Virus record (IMG/VR): IMGVR_UViG_3300033067_000113 | Span: 1 to 64,000 of that record | Length of the DNA stretch: 64,000 nt | Reading direction: 5' to 3' (one strand) | Source of the DNA: a virus | Lineage: Duplodnaviria; Caudoviricetes | Shown: positions 9,113-18,516 of the stretch, piece after piece | Layout: each line of letters starts with the position of its first letter | How positions within the stretch are numbered: the first letter of the stretch is position 1 | Translations under genes and position numbers: made by a program | The notes under the pieces: generated by a model | Told to the model about the DNA's origin: nothing | The model's database searches: none | The model's input: the letters and a program-made list of their open reading frames with translations, nothing else

Positions 9113-10801
9113 TTAAACTACGCTTGTGGGCTCATCGCTATCCCAGGCCCATGCTGTACCAGAAACAACGAACTGTTTCACTAGTCTACTTGGGCCCGAT
9201 GGTATAATACAATGCACTCTACAAACAGTTCCCGGCTCTCTTAGCACTGCTGGGCCAGCGGTTACTGGGAAAATATCAGTTACAATAGCAGTAATCTGCC
9301 CGTCACTTAATCCAGTAATATCTAATGCAAATCCTAGCGGAGTTGACTTTACTGTTGTATTTAAAAATCCAACATTAACTGCATCTGTATCTGCAGACGG
9401 AGTTGCTAAATTAGTAATCTTCTTATTACTAACATCCACGCTACCGCTACCTTTTGGAGCAATAACAATAGTACCGTTAACATCAATTGCATCAGTGTAA
9501 GCAATAGTATTAACATCAATTGTTATCTTGTCTACTTGTAAAAATTCTAATGCTCCTATCGATGATAAGCTAGGAGCCGAAGTTACTGTAGGCAAAGTAT
9601 CATATGTCAATACTTCGAAATTATTAATTTTGTAAGCCTTAGTAAACGGGATATTAATATGCTCTGAGCTAGACCATGCATTAGGACTACTTTCCCACAT
9701 GAATGTCTTATCAGTAGTACCTTTAAGTGTGATACCACCGCCTTCAGCAGTTATATCGCTTGGGAATCCTGTGTTACCTAAGATAACATTCTTGTCCTCA
9801 ACTTCAAGATTAACTGTAGCTAGGCTAGTTGTAGTACCATTTACTGTTAAGTTTCCAGAAATAATAACACTACCTTCAACATCTAGTGTCGCCTGTGGGC
9901 TGTTTGTGTAGATACCAACTCTGCTGTTCTCTGCATCAATGTAAAAACTTGGTTTCAGAAGACCTGTAGGATCTAAACTTCCAATTTGAAAGTTTTGATT
10001 TCTAACATTAGAGTTTAATTGGTATTCTAAAGGTGCAAAACTAAACTGTACTGCGCCAGCTGGCCCTAAGATTAAAGGAACTGAATTTAAAATTGACAGT
10101 GTACCAGTAGTTGCAGAATCGTCGCTTGTTGATAAGAAGTCGTCTGCGGTCTTTAATGTAACACCGTCACTAGATAATAGCGCATCAGCTTGTTCAACTG
10201 GGACTCTAAACTTAATATCTGCTAAGTTGCCCGAGTTAAATCCAACTTTGATAGTTCCTACGAAGCCTGGAATATCATTTGCCGGTGTAAATTCATCTTT
10301 ACTGTAGATACCTATCAATACTTGTGCCACATACATTAGTACAACACTATGGCTAATATCATTAATATCAACTACTTCAAGAACCTGGAAGCCTGAGTAA
10401 CCTTGTGACGAAGTATAAATTGGACCGACTAGTACTGTTGCACTACCGTCGTTAAAATACATCTGTTGGTTAGTACTGTCGATCCAGATATCGCCTTGTG
10501 CAATACTGCTAGGTACTGTACCTGCAACAATAGTTCCGCCGGATACTTTAAATCCGTTACCGTCATATACTTTTAAACGACCTTCACTAGTGTCGTACCA
10601 AACCTGTCCAGTTAAAGGATTGTTTGGCTGGCTAGTATTTGCAAAGTTTTCTAAGATCTTTACAAAGTTCTCGTTGATAAACTCGCCGTATGTGCTAGCG
10701 TTCTTACCAATTAATGTAATATCAGTCGCAGACTGATCAATAGTGCCGTCTGTAATTTCTGTTAAGACGGAACTATCTGTTTTGTTTATAATGTAGCTCA
10801 T
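9113..10801 (-). CDS. baseplate/tail-fibre-like structural protein (paralog family 7596/9113/10798)
   Basis: LIGKNASTYGEFINENFVKILENFA..P..GQVWYD..GDIWID N-terminus shared with both neighbours. Confidence 0.7.
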   Translation of the reverse strand: MSYIINKTDSSVLTEITDGTIDQSATDITLIGKNASTYGEFINENFVKILENFANTSQPNNPLTGQVWYDTSEGRLKVYDGNGFKVSGGTIVAGTVPSSIAQGDIWIDSTNQQMYFNDGSATVLVGPIYTSSQGYSGFQVLEVVDINDISHSVVLMYVAQVLIGIYSKDEFTPANDIPGFVGTIKVGFNSGNLADIKFRVPVEQADALLSSDGVTLKTADDFLSTSDDSATTGTLSILNSVPLILGPAGAVQFSFAPLEYQLNSNVRNQNFQIGSLDPTGLLKPSFYIDAENSRVGIYTNSPQATLDVEGSVIISGNLTVNGTTTSLATVNLEVEDKNVILGNTGFPSDITAEGGGITLKGTTDKTFMWESSPNAWSSSEHINIPFTKAYKINNFEVLTYDTLPTVTSAPSLSSIGALEFLQVDKITIDVNTIAYTDAIDVNGTIVIAPKGSGSVDVSNKKITNLATPSADTDAVNVGFLNTTVKSTPLGFALDITGLSDGQITAIVTDIFPVTAGPAVLREPGTVCRVHCIIPSGPSRLVKQFVVSGTAWAWDSDEPTSVV

Positions 10802-12951
10802 GATATTGTACCAGTAAAGATAATATAGTTGATTGTTGTAAACGGATTCATAGTAGTAAATGGTTGGCCTAAGCGTCCATCTGTATTAATACCGCCACTG
10901 TTAGGCAATCCTGATCCAGTACTTGTGTTAGGCAATCCGTATCCTGCTTCCGCTTGTGGGTCACTAGGCGCACCTGGAATACCTGCCGCATAGTATTGAG
11001 CAGCATTTGTACTTAGATCGTGTTGGTGTTGTGGCAAGTTTGACAAATCTAATATAGTCTGTTCGCTTCCGCTCTTGGCACCAAGTGTATCTGCTAGTAC
11101 ATTTGTCACGCTGTTAGCTGATCCGCCACCGGCAGGTACGCTAACTGTGATGTTGTCTTTACTAGGAACATATCGACCGTTGTTCATGTCGTCACGACCT
11201 AGTGGGAATCTACCTCTAAGGTCCGGTAATGCAAATGTTGCGGCACCAATTAACAGACTTGCTGTCTTGTATGTGTAACCAATTACACCAAATAGTGTTG
11301 GGAAGTCTGAAATTTTAACTTCGCTACCGTCACATAGTAAGTAACCGTTTGGAACAGTTGCTCCTGCAAACGGAAATATTGCGCCTGCTGGCACAAACGG
11401 TATGTTCGAGATAAACTGTTGCTTAGTAATTGATCGTAACCCTGCGCCAGTACCGCTACGATACATTAAGAATGTATCTGCTAGCAACGAATCAGTTGCA
11501 GGTGTTTGGGTAGTAATTAAGTCTGGAGTAATAGATGTTTGAAATACTGCAACGCCTGTTTCTGTAACGCCGTTAAACGGAACATCAGTACTAGTAATCT
11601 GTCCACGCAATCTAAAGACTGTAGTGTCTTGTAAACTGCTAGCCGAGCCGCTAGTGTTACCTGAGAATGCGCCTTCAAACTGTCCAGTAAAAATAGTAGT
11701 ACCGTCTGGCTTACCTACTGTCTGAGCATACACATTTCTAAAAGGACGAGTCTCACTACCTAGGTCATATGTGTTTGCGGCTGAATCAGTTCCAGGCACA
11801 ATAATTGGACCAGCTATTGGATCATCGTTAATGTCTAGATTGTTAAGTACTACCTGCGCATTAAATGTTGCAGTATCACCAAACTGTGATTTCTTAGCAA
11901 CTGATAAACCGCCGTTAGTTCTAATACTTCCAACTCCTAATGCCGTTGAGTCAATCGATCCAGTAACAATTATTTCATCGCTAACTGTTAAACTGCCTTC
12001 TACATCTAAGGTTGTTTCTGGGTTACTATTATTTGGGCCAATACCAACTTTAGCATCAGCATCGATATGAACTGCTGTAGTAATTGCACCTGCGTTGTTT
12101 AGTTTAATATCAATACTGTTGCCAGATGTTTTAGAGAACAGTACTGTAGTGTTTGTTTCTGTGCCGATGTTAAAGTTTAAGTCGCTACCGATACTAAGGC
12201 CGCCGTTTGATCGAACATTGATTGCATAGTTAGTAGTGCTTGCTTGGTCGCTTCTCAAGAAATTTGAAGAGTTAACAGTTGTACCATTAACTACCAGTGC
12301 GTCAGCTTGACTAGCAGTGCCCCACATCTTAGTAGGAGCAGTTGTACTAGTTGCATCAACTGTACTAATATTCATGCCTTGGCCGATAGTAGTGAATCCT
12401 GCAATAGTTGACTTAGGTGTAAACGCTGCCTTGCTAATAATTGCAATACGATAATCTTCGGAGAAGAAAGAAACTACATTGTGACTTACATTAGAAGTGT
12501 CAATGATTGATTCAATTTGCGGACCTGTCTTCAAACCTGCACTAAATTGAGGACCAACTAACAACCAAGTGGATCCTGAGAAAATATATAACTGCTGGTT
12601 AGCAGTGTCGACCCATAGGTCACCTTTTAGACTGTTATTAACTTGAGGAGCAACAGAGGCTTTCTTAACACTACCTGCGGCTGTCCATGTTGTGCCGTCA
12701 AATACTTTTAAAAGATTAACACCAACTGTATTGTCATACCAAAGTTGGCCTTGCACAGGGTTTGCTGGTGCGCTTGTTCTTGCAAAGTTTTCTAATAAGT
12801 GTAAAAAGTTTTCTGCTACAATAGGAGCGTAACCTGCATAGTTCTTTCCAACAAAGGTTAAACTTGTAGATGTATCAAGTGTTTGATCTTCTACTGTTAT
12901 ACTTGGCTTTGCTGGGTTTGTTGTTTCGGTAAATTTAACTTGGTAAGCCAT
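10798..12951 (-). CDS. tail-fibre-like protein with phage tail collar domain
   Basis: Same family N-terminus; C-terminal PAGAIFPFAG..PNGYLLCDG..LFGVIG..FALPDLRGRFPLG is the tail-collar signature. Confidence 0.8.
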   Translation of the reverse strand: MAYQVKFTETTNPAKPSITVEDQTLDTSTSLTFVGKNYAGYAPIVAENFLHLLENFARTSAPANPVQGQLWYDNTVGVNLLKVFDGTTWTAAGSVKKASVAPQVNNSLKGDLWVDTANQQLYIFSGSTWLLVGPQFSAGLKTGPQIESIIDTSNVSHNVVSFFSEDYRIAIISKAAFTPKSTIAGFTTIGQGMNISTVDATSTTAPTKMWGTASQADALVVNGTTVNSSNFLRSDQASTTNYAINVRSNGGLSIGSDLNFNIGTETNTTVLFSKTSGNSIDIKLNNAGAITTAVHIDADAKVGIGPNNSNPETTLDVEGSLTVSDEIIVTGSIDSTALGVGSIRTNGGLSVAKKSQFGDTATFNAQVVLNNLDINDDPIAGPIIVPGTDSAANTYDLGSETRPFRNVYAQTVGKPDGTTIFTGQFEGAFSGNTSGSASSLQDTTVFRLRGQITSTDVPFNGVTETGVAVFQTSITPDLITTQTPATDSLLADTFLMYRSGTGAGLRSITKQQFISNIPFVPAGAIFPFAGATVPNGYLLCDGSEVKISDFPTLFGVIGYTYKTASLLIGAATFALPDLRGRFPLGRDDMNNGRYVPSKDNITVSVPAGGGSANSVTNVLADTLGAKSGSEQTILDLSNLPQHQHDLSTNAAQYYAAGIPGAPSDPQAEAGYGLPNTSTGSGLPNSGGINTDGRLGQPFTTMNPFTTINYIIFTGTIS

Positions 12952-12954
12952 TTA

Positions 12955-13563
12955 TTAAACTCCTACTAGACCAGTTAAGCTCTGGATACGAACTGTATAG
13001 TCAACTTGAATTAATCTGTTAAGACTCTTCTGAACTGGGTGGAATATAACATGTGTCAGTAGTAACTGATTGCCTGTCGAACTATAGCTCTTTAAGCCTA
13101 GTTCATCAAATACAAACGAGCTGTCGTTGTTGTTTGTATTGTCAAATGCGCTTTGGCTGCTAGGCTCGCCGTAGTCCAGTAAACATGTAATAAACACATC
13201 AGTATAATTTGTGCCAGTTACATGTCGTGTTTCAATAAAATTTCTTGTTGGATCAACATTATTAGTACTTCGATCGTCAACTACTTTAGTGTATGTTTGA
13301 TTGTACAAGCTAGCATTAGATCCAGAGCTATTAGGTGTTAAGTATGTAATAATACCAGTCGGGTCAACGGCGGTTCCGCCGTTACCGAATGCCATTTCGT
13401 AAATGAAGCCCTGGCCGCTATTAGCAATACTCTGCGCTAGCGCAATACTAATATTTTCATAGTGAATTGCATTACGCTTGTCAATGTATACTTCCTTAGT
13501 TACCGGATCGGAAATTTTAATGTGACCTTCAATATGAACGCCTGTTGTGTCTTTACTCTGCAT
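12955..13563 (-). CDS. putative baseplate/virion structural protein
   Basis: 202-aa beta-rich ORF inside the structural block; FDELGL..LLTHVIFHPVQKS C-terminus. Confidence 0.6.
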   Translation of the reverse strand: MQSKDTTGVHIEGHIKISDPVTKEVYIDKRNAIHYENISIALAQSIANSGQGFIYEMAFGNGGTAVDPTGIITYLTPNSSGSNASLYNQTYTKVVDDRSTNNVDPTRNFIETRHVTGTNYTDVFITCLLDYGEPSSQSAFDNTNNNDSSFVFDELGLKSYSSTGNQLLLTHVIFHPVQKSLNRLIQVDYTVRIQSLTGLVGV

Positions 13564-13583
13564 AGTGATCTCTCTTTATTCAG

Positions 13584-13589
13584 TATTTA
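13584..13589 (-). promoter_or_regulatory. putative late promoter TAAATA
   Basis: Lies within GATAAATACTGAATA, which is identical over 15 nt to the site at 35818-35832. Confidence 0.65.
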
Positions 13590-13611
13590 TCAATAGTTAT
13601 AATGTGCTAGT

Positions 13612-16600
13612 TTAATCCCACGATCCGCCAATCTGCTGCCAATGACTCTGTGTAAAGATCAGTGTACAGATGCTAGTCGGAACTTGCTCTGCCGCTACCC
13701 AATAGCGGAATGGCCATAACTGCCAATCCTGCATCTGTGTCGATTGTTCTCGTCCGTGAGCAACCGTTACTATCACATTGTTTGACGTGGTAAATGTGCC
13801 AATGTCTGGAACAAGATACATAATCTGTCCCTCAACACCGTCTGCTAGAGTGTAATAACCATCGCCAATACTGTTGATAGATTTAGTTAGGTCTATTACT
13901 GCCGGGGTCGGAGGTGTTGCGCCAACTGCGTCCGGGTTAATCTCAAATGTTTGGCCAACTGTGTGCCCAGTACCGCCGCTATTAACGACAACTGAGGCAT
14001 TTCCTAAACCATCAAATGTAACTGAAAAGTCTACATCACCTAGGCCGAGGCCACTAGTGTTTGTAACCCACGCTGGATTAGGGCTGTTAGTTACTGTTAG
14101 TTCAGTCACTGCTCCAGTTAAACCGTCAACTTGAGTTACTTCAAACTTTACATTGTTGCTAGTAAGGTCAACACCGGTTACAATCACTGTACTCTTAACC
14201 ACAGCACCTGGAATAGTCATTTTACCAGTATTGTCAAAAGTCCAACTATGTATGCCGCCACCTGTATTTAGAGTAATGTTACCAGAAGCCGCTGTGTATA
14301 AGTTTAACTGCCCGCCGCTGTTGGCATCAATGGTAATATTACCACCTGTACCGTTACTGCTACTACCACTTTCGATATTAATATAGCCACCAGTACCATC
14401 TGTAGAGCTACCTGCTTGGAAGTTCAAGTATCCGCCATTGCCTGTAGCATTGCCACGACCAGCACGGATCTTAATATCACCACCGTCGCCACCAGCACTG
14501 CCGCCTGGGCCGGCCCATAGGTAAACGTCACCACCTTCGCCGGTTGTATCTGTATAACCTGGAGCACCTTGAATAATCACACGCTCTGCGTTAATAAACT
14601 CTGCTGTTGATGCCGGGCCATAAATGATTGCCTGTTGCGTAGAGTCACTAAACTTTAGAGTCTGTCCAGTACCGCTTGGTGCGGCATTATCGCTAATAGG
14701 CACTGTCATTGTTGGGAATGTTGTAGCACCATCTGTGCCAAACTTCCAGGTATTACTGCTTGTACCAATAGAAATGATATCGTCTAAACCTAGTTTTAGA
14801 TATTTGTTATCATTACCAAAGTATTGATCGTAGACCGATGTATCGCCTACGCTGAGATGTAGGTGTGTAGGATTGTCGCCACCGTGTATTCTAAAATACA
14901 TATTGGCATCAAGTCCAGGTCCAGGAGATAGATTTAGCCCCAAGGCGCCGTCGTTTGACCCTGTGCCTATTATTTTATTTCCTTCAAATGTGACATCACC
15001 TGTACCATATCCCAACAAGTCACCGTAGTAAATGTCGTTGATATTATAATCAGTGTTATTATGAACCAGCGTCCAGGTAGTCATATTTGTGGAACGCCAC
15101 ATAAACTCGCTGCCTTGTACAATACACACGCCGTCAGCAATATGAATAGCGTCTAGTCCTTCACCTTCGCTAAATGTCACTGTGATAGGCAGGCTTGGGA
15201 CTGTCCACGCACTACTGTCAACATCAGTGCCGCCAATAGCGAACAAATCAAATAGATTAGGAGCACCTGGTCTAATACGATAAACACCGTTCCATCGAGT
15301 ATCGTCTCCACTGCCTACAGCAATAGTTATGAATTCATCATACTGTGGAGAGTAACCAGAGTTAACTAAACTTATCTGTGTAGTTGTACCTTGTACTAAA
15401 ATACCTGACTCAGTGTGCGTTTTAGGTGCAGGAGTTGAGAAACTAAATGTAGAACCGTTGTCTGTGGTGTAAACCACCTGTCCATTGTTGATTGTGCCTG
15501 CCCACATTTGTTGTCCATCTACTGTGCCTGCCACAGCAGAGTCAACATCTGGCCCACTGTTATACTGACCAGGAGCATATTCGTAGTTAGGAATATAGCC
15601 AAACTGGCTGGCAAACGCTGACTGATAATCGTGCGGTGTCCAAGTGTTTAATGGGTCTGAACTGGTCCATACTGTGTAGTTGTCATCTGATACGAAGAAT
15701 GTACCATCTGCGTAACTGGCAATGTTGTTGAATCTTCCGGGTAAACCTGTAACACCATCGATAAACTGCCCTTCACCAACTTGAGCAGTTAGGTCTGTGA
15801 TGTAGAATGCGCCCAATCCCTGTTCCAATGGGTCACTATTATTGCCGCCAAAGCGACTATCAATAACTGGTATCAAATAGCCTGTGCCATCATAAGCAAC
15901 ATCGCTCATTGATGCCTGCGGATAAGATCCCAATATCATAAAATAACCAGGATCAATATCACCGTAGGTCCAGGTAACACCGTCTGTAGAGTAGATGAAT
16001 AATGGCCAACTGAGGTTGATAGGCGTGTTAGTAGTTAGGCTAGCACCCGTAGCGTCAGTACTGGTAATAGTTGCTGGGGTTGCATAATCAGTCTGGCGTA
16101 GTTCATACACACCTGTAAACGGTTCAATATAAGTACTGTCGTGGGTAAGAACGAATGTTCCGTTTAGTTCGGGATTGGTCGCACCGCTGATTGTTACTTC
16201 TTGACCTGTGAGATCTGCGCTAGTATTGTCTAGTGTTACTCGAGGATATATGTAGGTAAGGTCTGCTAGTGTGACCGAAGTAATGTTAGCAGTAACAGTA
16301 CTGGTAGATTTATAAGCACCAGTTGCTACAAACTTACCACCGAGGTAGTTGATTTCACGCCAATCTACTGGTGCACCTTCACCGTAGGCATAGGTACCAG
16401 AGGCTAATGTTGGAGTTGCACCAGGTGTCAAGGCATAATAGATAGAGCCGTCATCGGTGTTATTATCGTTCATTAAATAAACAATTCTGTTGTTGCCAAT
16501 AGCCACACGACTTACTGTTCGGTCAGTAAGCCCAAGGCCAGCAACGGTCCAGTTGACACCGTCCGTGGAACTAACTATACCTGCACCGCCTGGATTAGAT

Positions 16601-17442
16601 CCACCGGCAATCCAAGTGCCTACAGTTGTTCCACCACCACTTTGTCCAGTGTAGGCTGTTGTTTGTGTAGTACCATCCGGGAATGTTAGGCCACCATCAC
16701 CGTCAAACTCCCAAGTGTTTCGATTCTCGTTTTGATTTGTGACAATATTAACTGAAGCACTGTAAGTACCTTCATCATTCGTTGTCCAAGCACGAACTGT
16801 TAGTCCATCTTCATCTTGGCGGATTCGACTGTTGACGCCGCTGTAGTCCTCACCGTACTTCCAAACTAGACCACGATTTACTCCGCCATCTGGGCCGTCA
16901 AACACTACATCGCCAGTATCCATCAGGGCAAATATTTCACCGTTTTCATTTTCTTCGAGTTGATTACCACTTCCACTACCGCCTACATTCTCAACTTCAC
17001 CTGCGCGAAACTTTGGAAGGAATGGAATCTGTGTCCAATCGTTTGCGTTCCAGTTACTAGTTGCATTAGGAACGTCAGTTACCCACATTTGGCCGCCAAG
17101 GGCAATTGATCTCTCAGCATCTGAATATGTTCCTGCTACATCTACACTAATCTCATCAATCTCACCGTCATCTAATTCTACACGGTATTGGGCCGCAACA
17201 TACTGTGAGCTCGGTGTTAATATTCCAGAATAAAAATTCCACTGAGCATGGTCAATAACAACAACTGTCGGTGCGTTGTAACTCGGACGATTATCATAAT
17301 CACCGTCTTCTTCAACTTCTTCTACTGTATAGTTAGTAGCCTGTGTGACGCCAGGAATAACAACACCGGTTGTACCTGCTTGTAAATTTACGCCGCCTAG
17401 TGTTAGGTCAGCGCCTTGTATTGCGAATGGTTTATTTGCCAT
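13612..17442 (-). CDS. large tail fibre / receptor-binding protein with Asp-box-like repeats
   Basis: 1276 aa with SSTDGVNW, YSTDGVTW, YTTDNGSTF and RSTNMTTW repeats, WxFDxxGxxxxP fibre motifs and GGxVxIxAG repeats. Confidence 0.65.
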   Translation of the reverse strand: MANKPFAIQGADLTLGGVNLQAGTTGVVIPGVTQATNYTVEEVEEDGDYDNRPSYNAPTVVVIDHAQWNFYSGILTPSSQYVAAQYRVELDDGEIDEISVDVAGTYSDAERSIALGGQMWVTDVPNATSNWNANDWTQIPFLPKFRAGEVENVGGSGSGNQLEENENGEIFALMDTGDVVFDGPDGGVNRGLVWKYGEDYSGVNSRIRQDEDGLTVRAWTTNDEGTYSASVNIVTNQNENRNTWEFDGDGGLTFPDGTTQTTAYTGQSGGGTTVGTWIAGGSNPGGAGIVSSTDGVNWTVAGLGLTDRTVSRVAIGNNRIVYLMNDNNTDDGSIYYALTPGATPTLASGTYAYGEGAPVDWREINYLGGKFVATGAYKSTSTVTANITSVTLADLTYIYPRVTLDNTSADLTGQEVTISGATNPELNGTFVLTHDSTYIEPFTGVYELRQTDYATPATITSTDATGASLTTNTPINLSWPLFIYSTDGVTWTYGDIDPGYFMILGSYPQASMSDVAYDGTGYLIPVIDSRFGGNNSDPLEQGLGAFYITDLTAQVGEGQFIDGVTGLPGRFNNIASYADGTFFVSDDNYTVWTSSDPLNTWTPHDYQSAFASQFGYIPNYEYAPGQYNSGPDVDSAVAGTVDGQQMWAGTINNGQVVYTTDNGSTFSFSTPAPKTHTESGILVQGTTTQISLVNSGYSPQYDEFITIAVGSGDDTRWNGVYRIRPGAPNLFDLFAIGGTDVDSSAWTVPSLPITVTFSEGEGLDAIHIADGVCIVQGSEFMWRSTNMTTWTLVHNNTDYNINDIYYGDLLGYGTGDVTFEGNKIIGTGSNDGALGLNLSPGPGLDANMYFRIHGGDNPTHLHLSVGDTSVYDQYFGNDNKYLKLGLDDIISIGTSSNTWKFGTDGATTFPTMTVPISDNAAPSGTGQTLKFSDSTQQAIIYGPASTAEFINAERVIIQGAPGYTDTTGEGGDVYLWAGPGGSAGGDGGDIKIRAGRGNATGNGGYLNFQAGSSTDGTGGYINIESGSSSNGTGGNITIDANSGGQLNLYTAASGNITLNTGGGIHSWTFDNTGKMTIPGAVVKSTVIVTGVDLTSNNVKFEVTQVDGLTGAVTELTVTNSPNPAWVTNTSGLGLGDVDFSVTFDGLGNASVVVNSGGTGHTVGQTFEINPDAVGATPPTPAVIDLTKSINSIGDGYYTLADGVEGQIMYLVPDIGTFTTSNNVIVTVAHGREQSTQMQDWQLWPFRYWVAAEQVPTSICTLIFTQSHWQQIGGSWD

Positions 17443-17455
17443 GTTATATTATTCC

Positions 17456-18514
17456 TTAATCCCAGTTTAAGATTTCGATAACCATAGATTCGATCCATAC
17501 ACTATTTGTCGGATCTAGGTTAGTTGCTGTTATTTCTATTTTGCTTGTTAGAGCATTCCATTGTGAATCATATGTTACAAAAGGTGAAACAGTAGTGTGG
17601 ATCACGCCGTACACTGTATCGTGGACAATTAAACCAGTACTGTTTCTCACCACTAACATTTCACATGCTTGATAATCACTGCCCATATTGGCTTTAAGTA
17701 TCAACTTAACAACATTAGGAGATCCTGCTGTAGTGTAGACAACACCAGTAGTTACTGGCGCAACACTATTGCCTTGCGGTGGTGTTAGTTGATAACCGCC
17801 GTCAATATTGATACCCAAATTAGTAAAGCCAGTAGTGGTCAACACTCCATTACCATCTGCGACAATTGTAACGCCGTCAACTTTTACGCCGCCTTTAACA
17901 GTAGTAGATGCAGTTGGTAAATTAGAACTTATAACACCGCTACCATTAATTACAATTGACGAGTTATCAATCTTAACAGTACCTGAAATAGTATCAGTTG
18001 CAACAGGCACTGTTTGCACATCTGCACTTAATACTCCGTTAGTAATTGTTAATCTTGCACCTACTTTAATACCGCCTAGTACATCGCTAGTTGCTGTAGG
18101 CAATTGATATAATCCGCCTGACACATTAACTACACCTGTTTCAGATATAGTTAAGGTATCACCAACTTTAATACCACCAAGTGTGCCTGCTTGAGCAATT
18201 GGTAGAGTATACGATCCGGGGTTTGCACTTAGCACACCCTCGTTGTCGATAGTTAAATTTTCACCTACTTTGATTCCGCCAAGTATGTTGTTAGTAGCAA
18301 TCTTACTTCTAACTAGAATATCTCCTGTACTGCTACTAACAGTGATGCCATCACCTGCTGTTAGTTTTGATACAATTGATAAAGTTCCGTTAGTTGCGCC
18401 AAGCGCAGTGTACAGTTCACTGAAATTATCGTTAATTTTTTGAGCGCCATCTCTCAGGGAGTCCCCTGAGCCGTCATTCTTAACTGTACCTATATTAATA
18501 ATTTGCTTTGCCAT
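17456..18514 (-). CDS. virion protein with T4 gp9/gp10-like N-terminus and short tandem repeats
   Basis: MAKQIINIGTVKNDGSGDSLRDGAQKINDNFSELY is the gp9/gp10-type start; five AT..LGG(I/V)K(V/I)G-like repeats follow. Confidence 0.7.
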   Translation of the reverse strand: MAKQIINIGTVKNDGSGDSLRDGAQKINDNFSELYTALGATNGTLSIVSKLTAGDGITVSSSTGDILVRSKIATNNILGGIKVGENLTIDNEGVLSANPGSYTLPIAQAGTLGGIKVGDTLTISETGVVNVSGGLYQLPTATSDVLGGIKVGARLTITNGVLSADVQTVPVATDTISGTVKIDNSSIVINGSGVISSNLPTASTTVKGGVKVDGVTIVADGNGVLTTTGFTNLGINIDGGYQLTPPQGNSVAPVTTGVVYTTAGSPNVVKLILKANMGSDYQACEMLVVRNSTGLIVHDTVYGVIHTTVSPFVTYDSQWNALTSKIEITATNLDPTNSVWIESMVIEILNWD

Positions 18515-18516
18515 TT

